Assembly: GCF_004010195.1 (NCBI RefSeq)
Contig: NC_057711.1
Location: forward strand, 78,302,042-78,337,820
Length of the DNA: 35,779 nt
DNA from: Chiloscyllium plagiosum
Lineage: Eukaryota
Reading direction: 5' to 3'
The notes beneath the pieces are model-generated. The model worked only from the letters and a program-made list of their open reading frames with translations. It was not told the origin of the DNA and made no database searches. Below are positions 23,916 to 35,779 of the stretch, one piece after another (positions within the stretch are counted from its first letter, which is position 1; every line of letters starts with the position of its first letter). Both the position numbers and the translations under genes were made by a program.

Positions 23916-23959
23916 TCAGGCATCTAGGAGTCCTATAACCCTTAGCAAGATCTTGGAGA

Positions 23960-24440
23960 GAGTACAATACAGGATTATATGAATGATGCCAGAACTTCAG
24001 CGTGTGAGGAGAGATTATGTAAATTTGGTCTGTTTTCTCTAGAATTTGGAAGATTAATGAGTGATCTGATTGAAGTCTTCGAGACATTAACAGGCAAAGA
24101 CAGTAGACAAAGTTAAACTATTTCCACTCAGAGATTCTAGAACTGGGGACAGTTTTAAAATTAAGACCAGACAGTTCAGCAGAGATGTTCAGAAGCAATT
24201 CTACGGATGATACATGTTTGAAATTTTCTTCGACAAACAGCAACGGATGCAGGATATGATGTCAATTTTAAAGTTAAAATTAGATTTTTTCTGTTAAACA
24301 AAGATATTAAGGGATAATAAACGAAAGGCAGTATAGGGTATATGGAATTAGGCTGCAGATCTGTCCTAATCTCACTGAATGTCCAGAAAATGCTTAAGGG
24401 GCTTAATGGCCAACTCCTGTTCCTGTGCTCCTATGATAGT
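23960..24440 (+). mobile_element. Old CR1 3' fragment
   Basis: Degenerate MMPEL...GLFSLE.GRL..DLIEVF...RTGG.SFKI pattern followed by a CR1 3' UTR. Confidence 0.6.
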
Positions 24441-25119
24441 TTTGAAGAAATGTTATGCTGCACACAAAAAAATTAACTCTCTTTCTCGCTCCACAGATGC
24501 TACCAGACTTGCTGAGTTTCTCAGCCATTTTGTGTTTACTGCAAATAGACAATTAAATAGACAATAAAGTAATTCATGGAGTATAATAATGTGGATATTT
24601 GAGAGGTTATTCACTTGAATCATAAGAATAAAAGCAGAACTTTTTTCAAAGGCATTAAACTTTTGATTATTGATGTTCAGAGAGACTTGAGTATACAAAA
24701 AACATGACCGGTTTGCACTGTAAGCAGATACGATGCAAGAATAATAGTGTTGCTACAATTGTGCTTAACTTTGTGTGACCGCACCTGGAGTTTTCACCTT
24801 CATATCCAAGGAAGGATAACTTGTTTTTAGAGGCAATGCAGCAAAGATTCAGAAGATTAGTACTCCTATGATGAGGAACTCAGTAAATTGGGTAAATAAT
24901 CTTGGCAGTTTAGAAGCATATGATCTCATTCAAAAAAACAACATTCTGACAGATATTAAAGTTGGTTTTCTTGGTTGGCAAGTAGGGATGGATAAGGAGT
25001 CATCCTTTTGAAAAGATTGTGGGGTTTTGTTGACTTCTCTGCCTGCAACGTCCCACCCTAAGGGGCTCCTTGTGCAAATGAAAGTGAAACTGAAGTATTT
25101 TAAAGCGTACATAAATTCC

Positions 25120-25826
25120 TAGGAGAAAGCGAGGACGCCAGATACTGGAGAGAAGAGTCAGAAAGTGCGGTGCTGGAAAAGCACAGCCAGTCAGCAGCAT
25201 CCAAGGAGCAGGACAGTCAACGTTTTGAGATAAGCTCTTCATCAGGAATGTTGCGGGGGTGGCAAAGGGGCAGAGAGATAATGGGAGGGGTGTGGGGCTG
25301 GAAGGGGAAGGGTAGCTGAAATGCGATAGGTAGGTGAAGGCAGAGGTGATGGTCATAGTTCTGAGTGGAGGGTGCAGCAGATAGTTGGGAAGGAAGTTAG
25401 ACAGGTGGGACAGTTCGAGTAATATAGGACAGTTCAAGAGGGCAGTGCCGAGTTGGACTGATGGATCTGGGATGAGGTGTTGGGTGGGGGGGAAATCAGG
25501 AAACTGACAAAATCGATATTGATCCTAGACGGTTGGAGGGTCCCAAGGCAGTAGATGAGGTGCTCTTCCTTCAGGCATCGGGTGGCTAGAGTTTGGTGGT
25601 GGAGGCCACCCAGGACTTGCATGTCCTTGGCAGAGTGGGAGGGGGAGTTCAAGTCACAGGGTAGTGGAGTTGATTGGTGCATGTGTCCCGGAGATGTTCT
25701 CTGAAACATTCCACAAGTTGCCGTCCTGTCTCTCCAACACAGAGGAGACCACATCGAGAGCAACAGACACAGTAGATGTGGCTTCGGGAGGTACAGGAGA
25801 GGTGTAGATGCACCTTGACACAGCAA
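25120..25826 (-). mobile_element. Penelope-like element (family A) 3' part
   Basis: ORFs 25649..26044 (HIYCVCCSRCGLLCVGETGRQLVECFREHLRD) and 25434..25826 (EEHLIYCLGTLQPSRINIDF) are GIY-YIG remnants. The pseudo-LTR has a mutated hammerhead at ~25219-25245. Confidence 0.82.
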
Positions 25827-26196
25827 CTAATGGCATCCTCAAGACCAAGTTCCAATGAAATTAATTGGCAGACATGTGAGTCCAAGTGTGAGTATTCGCA
25901 GATAGAACTATCAAAGTTTTGATGATGTTTGTCACAAACAACAATTTTGTGAAATAGAAGTTTTGGCATGCTTGATGTAAAAAAAGTAGAGACGTTGGAT
26001 TCGCTTGGGAAAGAAGGGGTTAACAGAGAGATTTGATAGATCACTTCAAAGTTGCGAAAGGCTTAAGAAAAATAATGAAAACCTGTTTCCAATGGCAAAT
26101 GGAAAAGTAAACAGACTACACAGGCTAAAGATAACGTGGACCAAATAACCAGAGTAGGGATCAGGATTTTTTTTTTAAAAACACAAAATTTGCTGG

Positions 26197-26296
26197 CACA
26201 AAAACAAAGTACTGGAAAAACTCAGCAGGTCCGGTAGCACCTGTGGAGAAAAAGCAGTTTATGTTTCAGGTCCTGTGACCCTTCTTCAGAACAGAA
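26197..26296 (-). mobile_element. 100-bp Penelope pseudo-LTR fragment (family C) with 12-bp TSD and hammerhead core
   Basis: TSD AAAATTTGCTGG at 26185-26196 and 26297-26308. Minus strand GTT-CTGAAGA-A-GGGTC(acag)GACCT-GAAA-CATA-AAC. Confidence 0.7.
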
Positions 26297-26364
26297 AAAA
26301 TTTGCTGGTCGAGAGTGCAATCTCAAAAGACAGAATAAAAAACAAAGAATAATACAGCACAAGA

Positions 26365-28038
26365 CCATTTCCCCGGACCCCAACACCTCATCTTCACCAT
26401 GGATATCCAATCCCTCTACACCTCCATCCGCCATGACCAGAGCCTCCAAGCCCTCTGTTTCTTCCTCTCCCGACGTCCCCAACAGTACCTTTCCACCTAA
26501 ACTCTCACTCATTTGGCCGAACTGGTCCGCACCCTTAACAATTTCTCTTTCGAATCCTCCCACTTCCTCCAGACCAAAGCGGTAGCCATGGGCACCCGTA
26601 TGGGCCCCAGCTATGCCTGTCTCTCTGTTGGCTACGTAGAACAGTCCATCTTCCGTAATTACACCGGCACTCCACACCTCTTCCTCCGCTACATTGATGA
26701 CTGCATTGGCGCCACCTTGTGCTCTCGCGAGGAGGTTGAGCAATTCATCAACTTCACCAACACATTCCACCCTGACCTTAAATTTACCTGGACCATCTCT
26801 GACACTTCCCTCCCCTTCCTGGACCTCTCCATCTCCATTAATGATGACCGACTTGACACCGACATTTTTTTACAAACCCACCAACTCCCACAGCTACCTC
26901 CTGCAAAAATGCCATCCCGTATTCCCAATTACTCCTCCGCCGTATCTGCTCCCAGGAGGACCAGTTCCACCGCAGAACACACCAGATAGCCTCCTTCTTC
27001 GGAGACCGCAATTTCCCTTCCCACGTGGTTAAAGATGCCCTCCAACGCATCTCGTCCACATCCCGCACCTCCACCCTCAGACCCCATCCCTCCAACCGTA
27101 ACAAGGACAGAACGCCCTGGTGCTCACCTTCCACCCTACCAACCTTCGCCTAAACCAAATCATCCGCGGACATTTCCGCCACCTCCAAACAGATCCCACC
27201 ACCAGGGATATATTTCCCTCCCCACCCCATTCCGCCTTCCCCAAAGACCGTTCCCTTCGTGACTACCTGGTCAGGTCCATGCCCCCCTTCAACCCACCCT
27301 CCAATCCTGGCACCTTCCCCTGCCACCACAGGAATTGCAACACCTCCTCACTCACCTCCATCCAAGGCCCTAAAGGAGCCTTCCACGTCCATCAAATTTT
27401 TACTTGCACATCCACCAATATCATTTATTGCATTTGTTGCTACCGATGCAGTCTCCTCTACATTGGGAGAGCAGAGCGCTTTAGGGAACATGTCTGGGAC
27501 ACCCGCACCAATCAACCACACCGCCCTGTGGCCCAACATTTCCACTCTGCCGAGGACATGAAGGTCCTGGGCCTCCTTTACCGCCGCTCCCTCACCACCA
27601 GACACCTGGAGGAAGAACGCCTCTTCTTCCGCCTCAGAACACTTCAATCCCAGGGCATCAATGTGGACTTCAACAGTTTCCTCATTTCCCCTTCCCCCAC
27701 CTCACCCCAGTTCCAAACTTCCAGCTCAGCACTGTCCCCATGACTTGTCCTACCTGCCTATCTTCTTTTCCACCTATCCACTCCACCTTACCCCCCGACC
27801 TATCACCTTCATCCCCTCCCCCATTCACCTATTGTACTCTATGCTACTTTCTCCTCACCCCCACCCTCCTCTCACTTATCTCTCCAACCTTCAGGCTCTC
27901 TGCCTGTATTCTTGATGAAGGGCTTTTGCCCGAAATGTCGATTTTACTGCTCCTCGGATGCTGCCTGAACTGCTGTGCTCTTCCAGCACCACCAATTCAG
28001 AATCTGGTTTCCAGCATCTGCAGTCATTGTTTTTACCT
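26365..28038 (+). mobile_element. Penelope-like retroelement (family A): RT core, GIY-YIG and pseudo-LTR, frameshifted
   Basis: ORF 26513..26989 QTKAVAMGTRMGPSYA...FLRYIDD...LPFLDLSI (PLE RT motifs) and ORF 27120..27743 NIIYCICCYRCSLLYIG...RFREH...EEERL...GINVDF. ACAAGA direct repeat at 26359-26364 and 28039-28044. Confidence 0.92.
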
Positions 28039-29110
28039 ACAAGAACAGACCCTTCAGCCCTCCAAGCCTGTGCCGAAACATTTTGCCCTTCCATGTGAAA
28101 ACTGTCTTCCTTTACAGGATCCGTTTCCCTCCATTCCCTTCCTAATCATGTATTCATCCAGATGCTTCATGAATGCTGTTGTGTCTGCTCCCACTACCTC
28201 CTCTGGCAACGTGTTCCAGGCACTTACCACCCTTTGTGTGAAAAACCTGCCTCGCACATTTCAAATTTTGCCATCGCACCTTGAACCTGTCTCCCCTAAT
28301 AATTGACAACTTCACCCTGGGAAAAAAAAAGCCTCATACTTTTTCACTCTATCCATGTCATTCACAATCTTATAAACGTTTATTAGGTCACCCCTGAAAT
28401 TCCTGTATTCCAGTGAAAACAAACCCAGTCTATGCAACCTTTCTTCACAGCTAGAATTCCTCCATACTAGACAACATCTACGTAAACCTTTTCATTACCC
28501 GCTCCAAAGTGCCCACATCCTTCTGTTAGTGTGGTGACCAGAACTGTATGCAATATTCGAAGTGTGGCCTAACTAGAGTTCCAAAAAGCTGTAGCATAAC
28601 TTGCCTATCCTTATAATGGCCCTTCCAATGAAGGCAATATGACATAAACCTTTTTTTCATTATTACTTACCTGCACTACCACCTTCAGTGATTTGTGCAC
28701 CTGCACTCCCAGATCCCTCTGCATATCAATACTCCTAAGGTTCTGCCATTCACCATCCAATTTCCACCTGTGCTTGATCTTCAAAAAAAATGCATTTGTC
28801 CGGATCAAAATTCATCTGCCAGTTTTCTGCTCATGACGCCAACCGATCTATATCTTGCAGTATACAATCGTTCTCATTACCTGTAATTCCTCCAAATTTT
28901 GTATCATCTGCAGACTGACTAATTAGACCAGCTACATTTTCCTTTCATTTATGTAGATCACGAACAGCAAAGGTCCTAACACTTACTCTTGTGGAACACC
29001 ACTCATCACAGCCCTCCATTCTGAAAAGAATCCTTCAACCACCCTCTATGACTTGTGTATCCATCTTGCCAGCTCACCCCGATACCATGTGACTTCACTT
29101 TTTGTACGAG
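28039..29110 (-). mobile_element. CR1 LINE 3' part (its tail continues at ~26325-26364, left of the Penelope insertion)
   Basis: ORFs RGRFFTQRVVSAWNTLPEEVV and QRDLGVQVHKSLKV; tttgtatcatctgca (antisense ADDTK). Confidence 0.85.
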
Positions 29111-30046
29111 TCTACCAAAGGTGGAAGCAGATTCAATATAAGTTTTCAAAATTATTTTTTAAAAAGTTATGAGAAAAGTGTGGGGCATTAGGACTTCTTT
29201 TCAGAGAACCAGCATGTATGGCTTTCTGTCTTCTGTGGTGGTGTAGTTTATCTAACTCCTCCATCGCTAAATCCAGGTTACAAATGCACATTCATGCCAA
29301 GATTATTCCAATGCATTTTTGTGTACTTCAATGAATTAACTGAGCGGTGTATGATTTCTATCCTGTCAGTGCTGTGTCAAACAGAAAATAATATCTGTTG
29401 TCAACATTGAAAGGAATCTGAAAAACTCTTCTCCAAAAAGATGATCAATTAAAAATTTCAAAACTGAAGATAGTATGTTGTTGCTAAAGTACATGAAACC
29501 AAGGCCATCATCAGTCGATGCCGTACAAGGGGTTGAATCGCTAATCCTGTTCCTGAAGGAATAAAATTTCATTATTGGGAGTATCTATCAATCCAATACA
29601 AGCAACTAGCACAATTTACCTTCAATTAGTTCATTCTGGCAGACCATAACTATCCCTTCATCTCCAAATCGATTTTGAAATATATAGATATATGAGAGTT
29701 TACGCACAAGAAACTACTCAAAGCTTTGACTTTAAAAAGTTAGAGAGTTGTCCATCATTTTGGAGCATTTTTAATCAATTTGCAAAAGTACATAAATACT
29801 ACAATACATTCTGTGTTTTAAAGAACAATAAATGATGTTTTACTCATTGAATCTTCATTATAGTTGAGACAATGAATATCATTGATTAAAATTGATTAAA
29901 ATTGCCACTCAAAACTACGCCTGCCCTAACTTGTTTTTTCCCTCACCACCACTGCAACCAATTAGCTGATTGCTGCAATTTGGTTACTAACTTGTGAAAT
30001 CTGAAAATTTTAAGAGATAAAAGCCTTTAAAGATAATGAATAACAC

Positions 30047-30687
30047 TATGATTTGGAGATGCCAGCGTTGGACTGGAGTGTACAAAGTTAAAAATCACAC
30101 AACATCAGGTTAGCATCCAACAGGTTTAATTGGAAGCACTAACTTTCAGAGCGCTACTCCTTCATCAGGTGGTTGTGGAGTATAAGATTGCAAGACAGAA
30201 TTTATAGCAAAAGTTTACAGCGTGATGTAATTGAATTATATCCTTAAAAAGACCTGGATTGTTTGTTAAGTCTCTCATCTTTTAGAATGACCATTTTTGT
30301 TTCAGTTCTTTCATATGTAAATTGCAAAACTTTTTAAAAAGTTACATTCTCAAGTGACATGTACTCAATACATTATCTGGGCCAACATGACACCAATTGT
30401 TAAAGTTCACTTGAGAATGTAACTTTTTTAAAAAGTTCTGTGATCTACATATGAAAGAACTGAAACCAACATGGTCATTCTAAAAGATGAGACTCTTAAC
30501 AAACAATCTAGATATTTTTCAATATATAAAATTTCAGTTACATCACACTGTAAACTTTTGCTATAGATTCTGTGTCTTACAATCTTATTCTCCACAACCA
30601 CCTGGTGAAGGAGCAGCGCTCCTAAAGCTAGTGCTTCCAAATAAACCTGCTGGACTATAACCTCCACACCAGCATCTCCAAAATCAT
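30047..30687. mobile_element. ORF-less inverted pair of Penelope family B pseudo-LTRs (fold-back)
   Basis: 30047-30357 is the reverse complement of 30407-30687, with a ~50-bp spacer. Both arms are homologous to 9790-10103. Hammerhead motifs at 30137-30171 (-) and ~30599-30633 (+, mutated). Confidence 0.85.
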
Positions 30688-30990
30688 TAGTTGCATGCGT
30701 AATTCTTAGCAAAAATCAGTTCTGCTTAATAAATGTTATCCAATCATAGAATCAGATTGAATATTAAACACTGTATTGAATTTTGCAAGCATGGTCTGGT
30801 CACACACAGTCAATATTCTGCCTGTTGCGAAGAGGTGAAGAGATGTTTTGTTTGATGCAATCTGTTGTTCACTGGGACATACAGCCTACATATCCTAATA
30901 TCACTCCAACATTAAAATTCATATACCACAATAAATATTTATGTAACAGGCAGTATGTATTTTCTTTATGAAGGCGTCATCTAGTAAAGT

Positions 30991-31710
30991 TAAAGTTAAA
31001 AATCACAACACCAGGTTATAGTCCAACATGTTTAATTGGAATCACTAGCTTTCTGAGCACTGCTCCTTCATTAGGTGGTTGTGGAGTACACAATTGTAAG
31101 ACACAGAACTTATAGCAAAAGTTTACAGTGTGATGTAAGTGAAATTGTACATTGAAAAATACCTTGATTATTTATTAAGTCTGTCATCTGTTAGAATGAC
31201 CATGTTAGTTTCACTTCTTTCATATGTAAATCACAAAACTTGTTTTAAAAAGTTACATTCTCAGGTTAATTGTAAAAATTGGTGTCAGCCCAGATAAGAT
31301 GTTGAAGATGTTAACCAGCTGTGTTCTGTTGTCTGTGCCATAATGTTTAGGCTGATTCTAATCTAAAAAGTGAGTTAACAGAGTCTTACATGAATTCATG
31401 CAGTTTTTGAGCAAAGTACAATGTAACTCTGCAAGTACAAATTCACCCCACAAACGTATGTGTGCATGTGGGTGTGTCTGGGGTGGGGGGGTTGTGAGTG
31501 TTTGTGAAAGAGCGTGTATGTGCATGTGAGAGAGTGTAAAGGGATCTAAGTCTGTGAGAGGGTGCATGCGAGAATGTGGGAGTGTGTGTCTATAGGAGTG
31601 TGAATGTGTGTGCACGCGCGTCTGTGTATAGGGCGTGTGTGTGTCTGGGGTGGGAGCTTGTGAGTGTCTGTGAGAGAGTGTGTGTGTCTGTGTGTGTATA
31701 GGAGTGCCTG
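30991..31710 (-). mobile_element. Penelope family B 3' UTR / pseudo-LTR with TG-rich tract
   Basis: Antisense homolog of 9440-10065. The hammerhead at ~31046-31074 has CTGATGA>CTAATGA. Confidence 0.82.
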
Positions 31711-32824
31711 TGTAAATGGCATATACCACTCATGTAAAACCTGCAATGTATAAGCAACCTGTTGCTCAAACTTTCTGTGACAACTTATTTCTTCAGGAGA
31801 ATCTAAGATGGATTAGGCAATTTTCAGGATGTAAAGTGGCACCTTTAAATTCATGAGATACAGCAAGAAACTATCTGAGCAGAGAAGCTATTTTCCTGCA
31901 TGATAGCCCTGAGGTACCCTGCTTTAAAATCAAGTTTGCACAGTGAGCAAACGGCTCGGACTCTATTTTGCTAATAAGGTGAATCTTATAATGTTTGGAA
32001 TTTCAGCCCATATCTGAGCAGTGAAGGCATAATTGGCTTTCGACAGCAGCTGAGTAATGCAGTAGCAGTTTCCTCAATTAGCAAGTTGAGGAAATGGAGC
32101 CTGGTAGACAGTTCTATTTCAAAAATGAATTTGAGCATGGAATAAACCCCATTAAGGAATGCAATGAAAATGTTACATGTAACTGCAAATACATAAATAT
32201 AGGAGGAGCACACCGTGTAGACCTTGAGCACACTCTGCCATTCTAGATCCTAATCAAGAGAAGATTTCTTTCCTCAGAAGGGTAATGGACTTGTAGAATT
32301 CTCTTACCATGGAATGCTGTGTAAGCAAGTCACCAAATATATTCAAAAAAAGAGAGAAAAGCTTTTAAATTTTAAAGGCATCGAGGGGTTTGGGAGAAAA
32401 TTGGACATGACATTGAGATAGAGGGGATCTGTCATGGTTATGTACAGCAGGCTCAAAGGGTTGCATGGCCTAGTCCTGCTCCTAGTTTCTATATTTCTAT
32501 ATGTGTTTTGAAATCACTCAGAGTGGATGGGAAGCAGCACTGTGACCTAAAATTCCTGTTTTTATCTCTTTATAAATGACATCCAGAATAGAATATCAAA
32601 CCAGACCAAACTCATTGTAGAGTACTATCTCGTCTCCACAGTTGAGGGTTATCTCAACTGAAACAGTTGCAATAACCCTCCAGAAAGATCTAAATTATCT
32701 CATCAATATGCCAATAATATGGGGAATGAATTCAACACAGAACTGCAGCATCAAGCACAGGAAATACTCAATATCAAACAATTTCCAATTTGCAACGCAT
32801 ATTTTAAAAGTTAATTCACATGAT

Positions 32825-33712
32825 GTCATTTATATAAATGATTTGGATGTGAACATAGGAGGTATAGTTAGTAAGTTTGCAGATGACACCAAAATTGGAG
32901 GGACAGTGAACAGTGAAGGAGGTTACCTCAGAGTACAATGGGATCTTGATCAGATGGGCCAGTGGGCTGGGGAGTTGCAGATAGAGTTTAATTCAGATAA
33001 ATGGGCGGTGTTGCATTTTGGAAAGGCAAATCAGAGCAGGGTTTATACACTTAACGGTAAGGTCCTGGGGATTGCTGCTGAACAAAGAGACCTTGGAGCG
33101 CAGATTCATAGTTCCTTTAAAGTGGTGTTGCAGGTAGATAGTGAAGGTGGTGTTTAGTATGCTATCCTTTACTGGTCAGAGCATTGTGTACATGAGTTGG
33201 GAGGTCATGTTGCGGCTGTACTGGACATTGGTTAGGCCACTATTGGAACAGTGTGTGCAATTCTGGTCTCCCTCCTATAGGAAGGATATTGAGAAACTTG
33301 AAGGGGTTCAGAAAAGATTTACAAGGATGTTGCCAGGGTTAGAGAGTTTGAGCTTTAAGGGGAGGCTGAAAAGGCTGGTGCGGTTTTCCTTGGAGCAACT
33401 GAGGCTGAGGGATGACCTTATAGAGGTTTATAAAATCATGAGGGGCGTGGATAGGGTAAACAGACAAGGTGTTTTCCCTGGGGTAGGGGAGTCCAGAACT
33501 AGAGGGCATAGGTTTAGGGTGAGAGGAGAAAGATTTAAAAGGGGCAACTTTTTCACACAGAGGCTGGTGCATGTATGGAATGAGCTGCCAGATGAAGTGG
33601 TGGAGGCCGGTACAATTACAACATTTAAAAAGGCACCTGGATGGGTATATGAATAAGAAGGGTTTAAGAGGGATATGGGCCAAGTGCTGGCAAATGGGAT
33701 AGATTAGGTTGG
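32825..33712 (+). mobile_element. CR1 LINE, 5'-truncated within RT
   Basis: ORFs IYINDLD...SKFADDTKIGG...VLHFGK...QRDLG and LVRPLLEQCVQFWSP...VQKRFTRMLPG...FFTQRLVHVWNELP. Confidence 0.92.
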
Positions 33713-35319
33713 AACGTCTAGTTGAAAATATATTTTCAATCTGCACTGGGCATACTTTATGTGTCGTTCACATGCTTACTACATTGAAAATTTAAAAATG
33801 CATTATATCGTATCCACATATTTTGATTTATCAATTGTATTGTCTTCTATGTTTCTTAATGCCTTGGTTATTTCCTTTTGGCAAAGGAAATATCTTTTAA
33901 ATGTGAGGAAAATGCACCATGAGTATCTAAGCTGGAGAATAGAGTTCTTTTACTTCCTTACAGTTATTCTTGGCATTGCAGAAACTACAATTCAAGCAGA
34001 ATCTGCAGGAGCTTTGTGACAAAAAAAACTTCAAAAAAAAGTAGACTTGCCAACTTGGCATTTTGGGAATTGCATTATACCACTTCCTGCCTTCAAATGT
34101 CCCACGCCCACACTCCCACTGCCGATCATTAAATACTCCTTACAATATACAGTCTTCTCCTGTTAGTTGTCAAACCCCGCAAACATTGTTCAATCAATTG
34201 GATGGTCCCAGGTGAGAATGCCAACTTTGTGACAATCTGGTTGAGGGACCAGCAGCACTCTTTGGCTTACACAGTCAATGAAATTTAAGATCCAGATATT
34301 TATAAAAAGAATAACAGCAAGATTCCACAGTTTTGAAGAAACAAAACTGAATGTTGCAATACAAGGTTAGAAAAGTAAAACAATATCTAATATAGAAAAT
34401 ACTTAGAATTAATTCAGAGTAAATGAGAGATAGAAACTATGATCTTACACACACCTGCAAAGCACAAACAGCAGATGCAGTCAACACAGAACCAGTGGAT
34501 TTCTCAGCAACAACCCAGATGTCAGTGACACTGCTGATCACCAAATGTGATGAAAACCTGGTCTCCTTTACAAGGATTCCATTCATTTTTACTTTTGGAG
34601 ACCAAGCTTTGGAACTCCTTCAGAAACAACTCCATACAGACTGCACCAATGACTGCTCACATCCTAGTAATTCAATTTCTTCCAGATACATATTCCATGA
34701 GATTCCACAGTCTGCACTCCAGAACCCAATACAATTTGTATTCCTCTGCAGATCGCCAGACTCAATAAGTGCATTGCACCTAAGCTTACCAGAGCTGCAA
34801 TATTTCTCAACTGCATGAAGCAGAAACTGTTTGTGGGCTTACTTCATCCTCACTCTCACCTACCAAATTGTTCATGGGATTATAATGGACACCCCAGTTC
34901 CAACAGCAACAATTTAACTGTGTGGCAAAATCTTCTTTGGCTGCTCTTCCCACTAACTCAGAACCAGCAACCTTGGTATAACAACATGCTGTCTTTCTAT
35001 ACAAGTTGGTTCATTGGGCACTTACAAAACAAATACAACTTAGAAAGTACTCAGGCTGGAATCTTAGAAGGGTCTGAGCGATATGGGTTATGGCAAGATG
35101 TGTAGCAGAATTATACGAGAATTGCGACAAGGCTAATTTCAACTGAGGTAATCTGACCCAATCTTTTACGAGAAGCACGGCAACAGTCTCACCAGAGTAC
35201 ATCACATTAAGTTTTTGTTGACAGTCCAACGCAGCTCATCTTACCAAACTCACCAAGCCAACTAGCCAACAGGAAAAGCCAATTTGAAAACCAGGCAGGT
35301 GTTTGGCAGCTTCCTAGCA

Positions 35320-35779
35320 CTGCCTCTTCCTTCTTCTCCTCCTCCATCTTGCCCACAACCCCTTCTCCCGCCTCCAACACACCCCATCCACGTGGACACC
35401 CCATGCTGGCCTCTTAGCTGCCCTCGATCTCTTCATAGCCAACTGCCGCCGCGACATTAACCGCCTCAACCTCTTCACCCCCTCACCCACTCCAACCTCT
35501 CACCCACGGAACGTGCAGCCCTCCACTCCCTCCGTTCCAACCACAACCTCATTATCAAACCGGCAGACAAGGGGGGCGCGGTAGTAGTTTGGCACACCAA
35601 CCTTTACACCGCTGAGGCTAAACGCCAGCTCGCGGACACGCCCTCCTACTGCCCCCTTGACCGTGACCCCACCTCCCACCACCAAACCATCATCTCCCAG
35701 ACCATCCATAACCTCATCACCTTAGGGGATCTCCCATCCACCGCCTCCAACCTCATAGTCCCACAACCCCGCACCGCCC
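35320..35779 (+). mobile_element. Penelope-like element, N-terminal RT region, running off the window
   Basis: Frame at 35521: LHSLRSNHNLIIKPADKGGAVVVWHTNLYTAEAKRQLADT... contains the PLE-characteristic DKG motif. One frameshift in a C-run near 35480. Confidence 0.85.

Noticed and set aside
29881..29903. Short tandem duplication ATTGATTAAA x2
   Set aside because: Ordinary slippage; no array or spacer structure.
23298..35779. GNAQ exon 2 (ESGKSTFIKQM...)
   Set aside because: Not found in any listed ORF or by eye; intron 2 apparently extends past the window.

Overview
Vertebrate intronic DNA, most likely from a cartilaginous fish. This is inferred from the repeat content: HE1/V-SINE-type SINEs, abundant CR1 LINEs and Penelope-like elements. 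The window holds the middle of a G-protein alpha-q gene (GNAQ-like) on the minus strand: exon 3 (23143-23297), two tandem 129-nt copies of exon 4 (6174-6302 and 5519-5647) and exon 5 (4844-4973). I did not find exons 1-2 or 6-7 in the window. The main observation is the duplicated, apparently mutually exclusive exon 4. One copy carries the Galpha11/14-type signature (DLENIIFR) and the other the Galphaq-type signature (DLQTVIFR). Both have intact splice sites, and most shared residues use different synonymous codons. The introns are packed with CR1 fragments, V-SINEs, a Tigger/pogo-type MITE and many Penelope-like elements. The Penelope pseudo-LTRs carry about a dozen minimal hammerhead ribozyme motifs, some with intact cores on the pre-mRNA strand. 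Most long ORFs in the supplied track are retroelement remnants or noise.
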